A stretch of 64,000 bases of DNA from an uncultured delta proteobacterium. GTDB taxonomy: Bacteria; Myxococcota_A; Polyangia; Polyangiales; Polyangiaceae. Each line of letters opens with the position of its first letter. The stretch's first letter is position 1. The notes under the pieces were generated by a model. The model saw nothing but the letters and a program-made list of their open reading frames with translations. It did no database searches and was not told the DNA's origin. Below, piece by piece: positions 60,356-64,000 of this stretch. The stretch covers positions 1,568,001 to 1,632,000 of the forward strand of contig CAWAIF010000003.1 in the NCBI GenBank assembly GCA_963782055.1, given 5' to 3'. The position numbers and the translations under genes were made by a program.

Positions 60356-61213
60356 TCAGCGGAAGTAGAACTCCACCGCGGCGCCGGCGCCCACGTAGTG
60401 AGCGCCGTCGTCGATGCGGGGGAAGTCGATCTGCGCCTTGAGGTCCAGGAAGCGCGCGAGCGACACCCCCACGCCGAAGCCCAGGTTGACGTCGAAGCGC
60501 CGCGGGGAGTCGGCGTAGGCGTCCTCCGAGTAGTAGCGAAAGCCGGTCATCGGCCCGAGCCACACGCGGTCGGTCACCTGGAACCAGAACGCCACCGGCA
60601 CCTCGAAGGTTGCGAGCACCCGCCGGTGGAAGGTGAAGTGGCTGTAGGCGCCGAGGTCGATGCGCACCTTGGTGCCGATGTGGAACGCCATCGGCACGCC
60701 CACCACCTGCGTGAAATCGGTGCCCCCCGCCGTCGGGAAGATGGCGCGCCCCTCCACGCCGAGCTCGAAGACGTTCTTCACGAAGAGGATGCGGCCGCGC
60801 ACCCTCAGCTCGGGGTTGGCGAACGCGTCGCCCCCGTAGACGCCGGGATAGAAGGCGAGCGGGTCGAAGGGGCGCGCGTACGCGTCGGCGTGGCTGACGG
60901 CGCCTTCGTTGATGCCGAGGCCGTCGTCGAAGCCGCGGAAGCCCACGCGGAAGCCGATGTCGACGCGGCCCGCGATCCCCAGCACGCCGTCGACGCTGAC
61001 GCCGGTGCCGTTGAAGGAGCAGTACCCGCAGCGGGGGCCGACACCCTCGTCGGCGTGGGCGAAGCCGCCGCCCAGGTCGATGGTCCCCGCGACGGGCCCC
61101 GGGAGCGTGAGGAGCCGATCCACCCAGCGCGGGGTGGTGCCGGCGGCGCGGGCGCTTCCCGCGGTCAGCAGCGTGGCGGCCGTGGCCGCAGCGAGCGCGA
61201 ATCCGAGACGCAT
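60356..61213 (-). CDS. Outer-membrane beta-barrel protein, hypothetical
   Basis: Signal peptide ...SARA; alternating beta-strands; terminal VEFYFR. Confidence 0.8.
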   Translation of the reverse strand: MRLGFALAAATAATLLTAGSARAAGTTPRWVDRLLTLPGPVAGTIDLGGGFAHADEGVGPRCGYCSFNGTGVSVDGVLGIAGRVDIGFRVGFRGFDDGLGINEGAVSHADAYARPFDPLAFYPGVYGGDAFANPELRVRGRILFVKNVFELGVEGRAIFPTAGGTDFTQVVGVPMAFHIGTKVRIDLGAYSHFTFHRRVLATFEVPVAFWFQVTDRVWLGPMTGFRYYSEDAYADSPRRFDVNLGFGVGVSLARFLDLKAQIDFPRIDDGAHYVGAGAAVEFYFR

Positions 61214-61329
61214 GGGAGCACCTCCTGACCCAAGCTCTACCGCGCCGGCGGCCCTGCCGTCTCCCCTCCCGTGACGAAGTCCCTGCGCCCCCTTGGTCGT
61301 GCGCCGGACAAGGTCTACCCTGACGGGCC

Positions 61330-62256
61330 ATGATTCGATCCTCCTCGCCCCGGCGCCGCGTCCTCGCCGCCGTCGCCTCGAGCCTCCTCGCCGCCCTCCT
61401 CGCCACCGCCTGCAAGGCGCACCCGGGCGACTCGTGCGACGGCCCGGCCACCAAGTGCTACTCGCCCACGCAGAACCTCTCCTGTCAGGGCGGGCACTAC
61501 ATGCTCGAGACGTGCAAGGGCCCGAAGAAGTGCTCGGTGGAGAACGGCAAGGCCGTCTGCGACAACACCCACGCCGACATCGGCGACCCGTGCGTTGCGA
61601 TCAACTCGCTGGTGTGCTCGTCGGACGGGAAGTCGGAGCTGCGCTGCGTGAACCACAAGTACGCGCTGGTCAACCACTGCGGGGGCGGCGGCTGCAGCAT
61701 GAGCGACACCGGCGACGCGTACTGCTCGTGGCCGTACGGCATCGCAGGCGAGCCGTGCAAGGACAAGGGCGCGTGCAGCCAGGACGCCAAGACCGAGCTG
61801 GCGTGTGTCGGCGGCAAGCTGGTGGCGAAGAACCCGTGTCGCGGCGACGAGAAGTGCGTGGGGCTCTCATCCGGCCCCAACTGCGACCGCTCGGTGGGTC
61901 TGCCCGGCGACTCGTGCGACCCCAACGACCCCGAGCTCGCCGCCGCGTGCACGCAGGCGGGTGACACGCTCCTCGTCTGCCAGAACCACAAGCTCGTCCC
62001 GGGGCCTCGCTGCGCGGGCGAGGGCAAGTGCGGCGTGGCCAAGTACGGCATCGACGGCCGGCGTCACTTCCGCGCCGTGTGCGACCAGTCGATGGCGGAC
62101 GAGGGCGACGACTGCATCAAGGACCAGGGCCTCGCCTGCGCCACCGACCTGAAGAGCCGTCTCATCTGCAAGAACGGCAAGTTCACCCTCGACAAGCTCT
62201 GCAAGAAGAAAGACTGCATCGTCCACAGCGTCCCTGACCCCTTCGAGTGCGATTGA
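61330..62256 (+). CDS. Cys-rich repeat lipoprotein
   Basis: LATAC; about 5 modules G..C....CS.D.K..L.C...K......C.G...C. Confidence 0.85.
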   Translation: MIRSSSPRRRVLAAVASSLLAALLATACKAHPGDSCDGPATKCYSPTQNLSCQGGHYMLETCKGPKKCSVENGKAVCDNTHADIGDPCVAINSLVCSSDGKSELRCVNHKYALVNHCGGGGCSMSDTGDAYCSWPYGIAGEPCKDKGACSQDAKTELACVGGKLVAKNPCRGDEKCVGLSSGPNCDRSVGLPGDSCDPNDPELAAACTQAGDTLLVCQNHKLVPGPRCAGEGKCGVAKYGIDGRRHFRAVCDQSMADEGDDCIKDQGLACATDLKSRLICKNGKFTLDKLCKKKDCIVHSVPDPFECD

Positions 62257-62840
62257 GCGAGCGGCGCCTCTACCCCCCTGCCGTCCGGGCGCGCCGCACC
62301 GCGCACGTCATCTCCTTCTTCGCCGTCGCCTTCTCCCTCGGGTTCGGGGTCACCCTGAGGGTCTCCCTCGGGCGCATGCCGCCGGGGACCACCTTCGCCG
62401 ACTTCTTCTCGCCGGACTCCGGCCTGGCGGTGGCGGCCCTGTGGCTCTCGCTCGCCCTCTCCCTGCTGTGCATCGCCCTGGTGCTGCGCATGCTGGCGGC
62501 CATCTTCGAGCTGCTCTGGCTGGAGCGCGCGTGGTCCAACCTGCCCGAGGAGCTGCGTCGCGTCGGCCCGGTGGACAACGTGAGCTCGGTGATGGTCCTG
62601 GGCTTCTCCTTCGTCCCGGTCGTGAACTACGTGTGGAAGCTGGGGCTGGTGCGGGGCATCGCCAACGGGCTGGAGGCCGTGCGCGCGGAGACGCCGTTCC
62701 GTTCCCCGGTGCCGAGGCGGCTGGGGACGGCGGCGGTGATCGCCGGCTGGGTGCCCGGCCTCAACGTGTACCTCGCCCCCTTCCTCTGGGAGATGTTCGC
62801 CCGGCGGATCGACGCGGTGGTGGTCGAGCTCGGGGGGTGA
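62247..62840 (+). CDS. Membrane protein (DUF4328-like)
   Basis: Four hydrophobic segments; W..RAWSNLP; FVPVVN. Confidence 0.65.
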   Translation: MRLSERRLYPPAVRARRTAHVISFFAVAFSLGFGVTLRVSLGRMPPGTTFADFFSPDSGLAVAALWLSLALSLLCIALVLRMLAAIFELLWLERAWSNLPEELRRVGPVDNVSSVMVLGFSFVPVVNYVWKLGLVRGIANGLEAVRAETPFRSPVPRRLGTAAVIAGWVPGLNVYLAPFLWEMFARRIDAVVVELGG

Positions 62841-62859
62841 GCGCGGGCCGCGGCGGCCG

Positions 62860-63186
62860 TCACGGCGAGGCGTCGCAGGAGACGTGCGCGACGAAGACGC
62901 GGGCCGGCGAGGCGCGGAAGGTGAGCACGTCGACGGACGCCCTGCCCTGGACGCTCACCTGCTGGGGCTGCGGGTTGACGTCGGTGAAGACGGTGCAGAC
63001 GAACGACCGGTCGCACGCGTTGGTCAGGTGCACGACGTGGTTGTAGGCGCCGCCCACCGGGATCGCCTCGGGGCGCGCGGTGACGCAGGGGGGGCTGGCG
63101 TCCTCGGCCGCGGCGCGCGGGGCGGCGACGACGAGGGGCAGGGCGACCCCGAAGAGAACGGCGGCGATGGCGGCGACGCGCTTCAT
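62860..63186 (-). CDS. Small secreted protein, hypothetical
   Basis: MKRVAA signal; YNHVVHLTNAC...C.V.TDVNP. Confidence 0.75.
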   Translation of the reverse strand: MKRVAAIAAVLFGVALPLVVAAPRAAAEDASPPCVTARPEAIPVGGAYNHVVHLTNACDRSFVCTVFTDVNPQPQQVSVQGRASVDVLTFRASPARVFVAHVSCDASP

Positions 63187-63287
63187 GACCCGGTAGAAAG
63201 GTGTGTCCGGCGCGGCGGGGGTCAAGATCGCAAGCGCCGCGCGGCAGCGCGCCTCTTGCGTCGAGGCGCGGCTTGAAGCACGAAGGG

Positions 63288-63632
63288 GTGGTGGAGATCG
63301 TGGTCTTCGTCGTGGGGTCGGTCGTCGGCCTCTTGCTCCTGTGGCTCGCGTCCCGCTCGGCCATCACCCTCTGCGTGCTGGAGGTTCAGGCCGGCGAGCT
63401 GACCGTGGTTCAGGGCGCCCTCGCGCCGCGCGTCCGCTCCGACGTCGAGGACGTGGTGCAGCGCGCCAAGGTCGCGCACGCCACCATTCGCATCGTCCGG
63501 CAGGGGGATCACGCCGCGCTGCAGATCCGGGGGGACATGTCCGACGCGACGCGGCAGCGGCTGCGCAACGTCGTCGGTAACGTGCCGCTCGCCAAGCTGA
63601 AGGCGGGAGGCGCGCGCAAGCGCCGCCGCTGA
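63288..63632 (+). CDS. DUF3634-family protein
   Basis: N-terminal TM; G.L.P....D..DV; QRLRNVVG. Confidence 0.7.
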   Translation: MVEIVVFVVGSVVGLLLLWLASRSAITLCVLEVQAGELTVVQGALAPRVRSDVEDVVQRAKVAHATIRIVRQGDHAALQIRGDMSDATRQRLRNVVGNVPLAKLKAGGARKRRR

Positions 63633-63698
63633 TGCACCCTCGCGCCGTCCTCCCATCCGTGTAAACTGCAGGGCGTAGCTTTGCGGAAGGGGCTTTCC

Positions 63699-64000
63699 AT
63701 GAGCTTGCTGGGTCACCTGCGTCTGGTCGCCGCCGCGGCGGGCGCCTCGGTCGCGATTTGGGCGTGCGCCACCTCCACGAGCGACACACCGCCGCCTGCA
63801 TCTTGCGCGGCGGGGCTGTCGCTGTGCGGGGACGTGTGCGCCAACCTGAAGACGAGCGCGCTGCACTGCGGGACGTGCGACAAGGCGTGCGACCCGGACC
63901 AGCGCTGCAGCAACGGGACGTGCAAGCTGGGGTGCGCGGACGGGCTGACGTCGTGCAGCAGCGGGTGCGCGGACCTGAAGAACGACCCGAAGAACTGCGG
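63699..64000 (+). CDS. Cys-rich lipoprotein (C.D...D..NCG repeats), runs off the window
   Basis: AIWAC lipobox; CANLKTSALHCGTCDKAC; CADLKNDPKNCG. Confidence 0.8.
   Translation, partial: MSLLGHLRLVAAAAGASVAIWACATSTSDTPPPASCAAGLSLCGDVCANLKTSALHCGTCDKACDPDQRCSNGTCKLGCADGLTSCSSGCADLKNDPKNC

Overview
Very GC-rich, gene-dense bacterial DNA. Cys-rich lipoproteins, PEGA/TPR, Kelch, SEL1 and Hanks-kinase genes and CxCxPGDPLC tails point to Myxococcota, probably Polyangiaceae/Labilithrix-like (inference). About 50 CDSs; no rRNA, tRNA, CRISPR array or IS element seen. Contents: (1) a head-to-head junction of two truncated genes near 670; (2) a metal module: ChaN, an MnoP/OprB-type porin, and a sigma54-driven CzcCBA-type RND pump with its own two-component system (1.1-12.8 kb); (3) housekeeping/mixed genes, including ABC-F, SseA, MarC and a Pseudomonas-type RssB/RssC pair (12.9-23.3 kb); (4) the best novelty candidate, a divergent nine-gene locus (23.3-36.4 kb) with ABC exporter, GAF protein, cytoplasmic S8 peptidase and TPR protein on one arm, and a 107-aa DVTAH precursor-like peptide, two envelope proteins, a HEAT-like repeat kinase and a membrane wHTH-HEPN-like protein on the other; (5) an immune/conflict-like block (36.4-49.2 kb): SEL1 receptor kinase and STAND-TPR NTPase sharing an N-terminal HEPN-like domain, a WD40 lipoprotein and a WD40-caspase; (6) typical myxobacterial envelope, transport and kinase genes (49-64 kb). 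All family calls come from motif reading, not database searches; start codons are best estimates.
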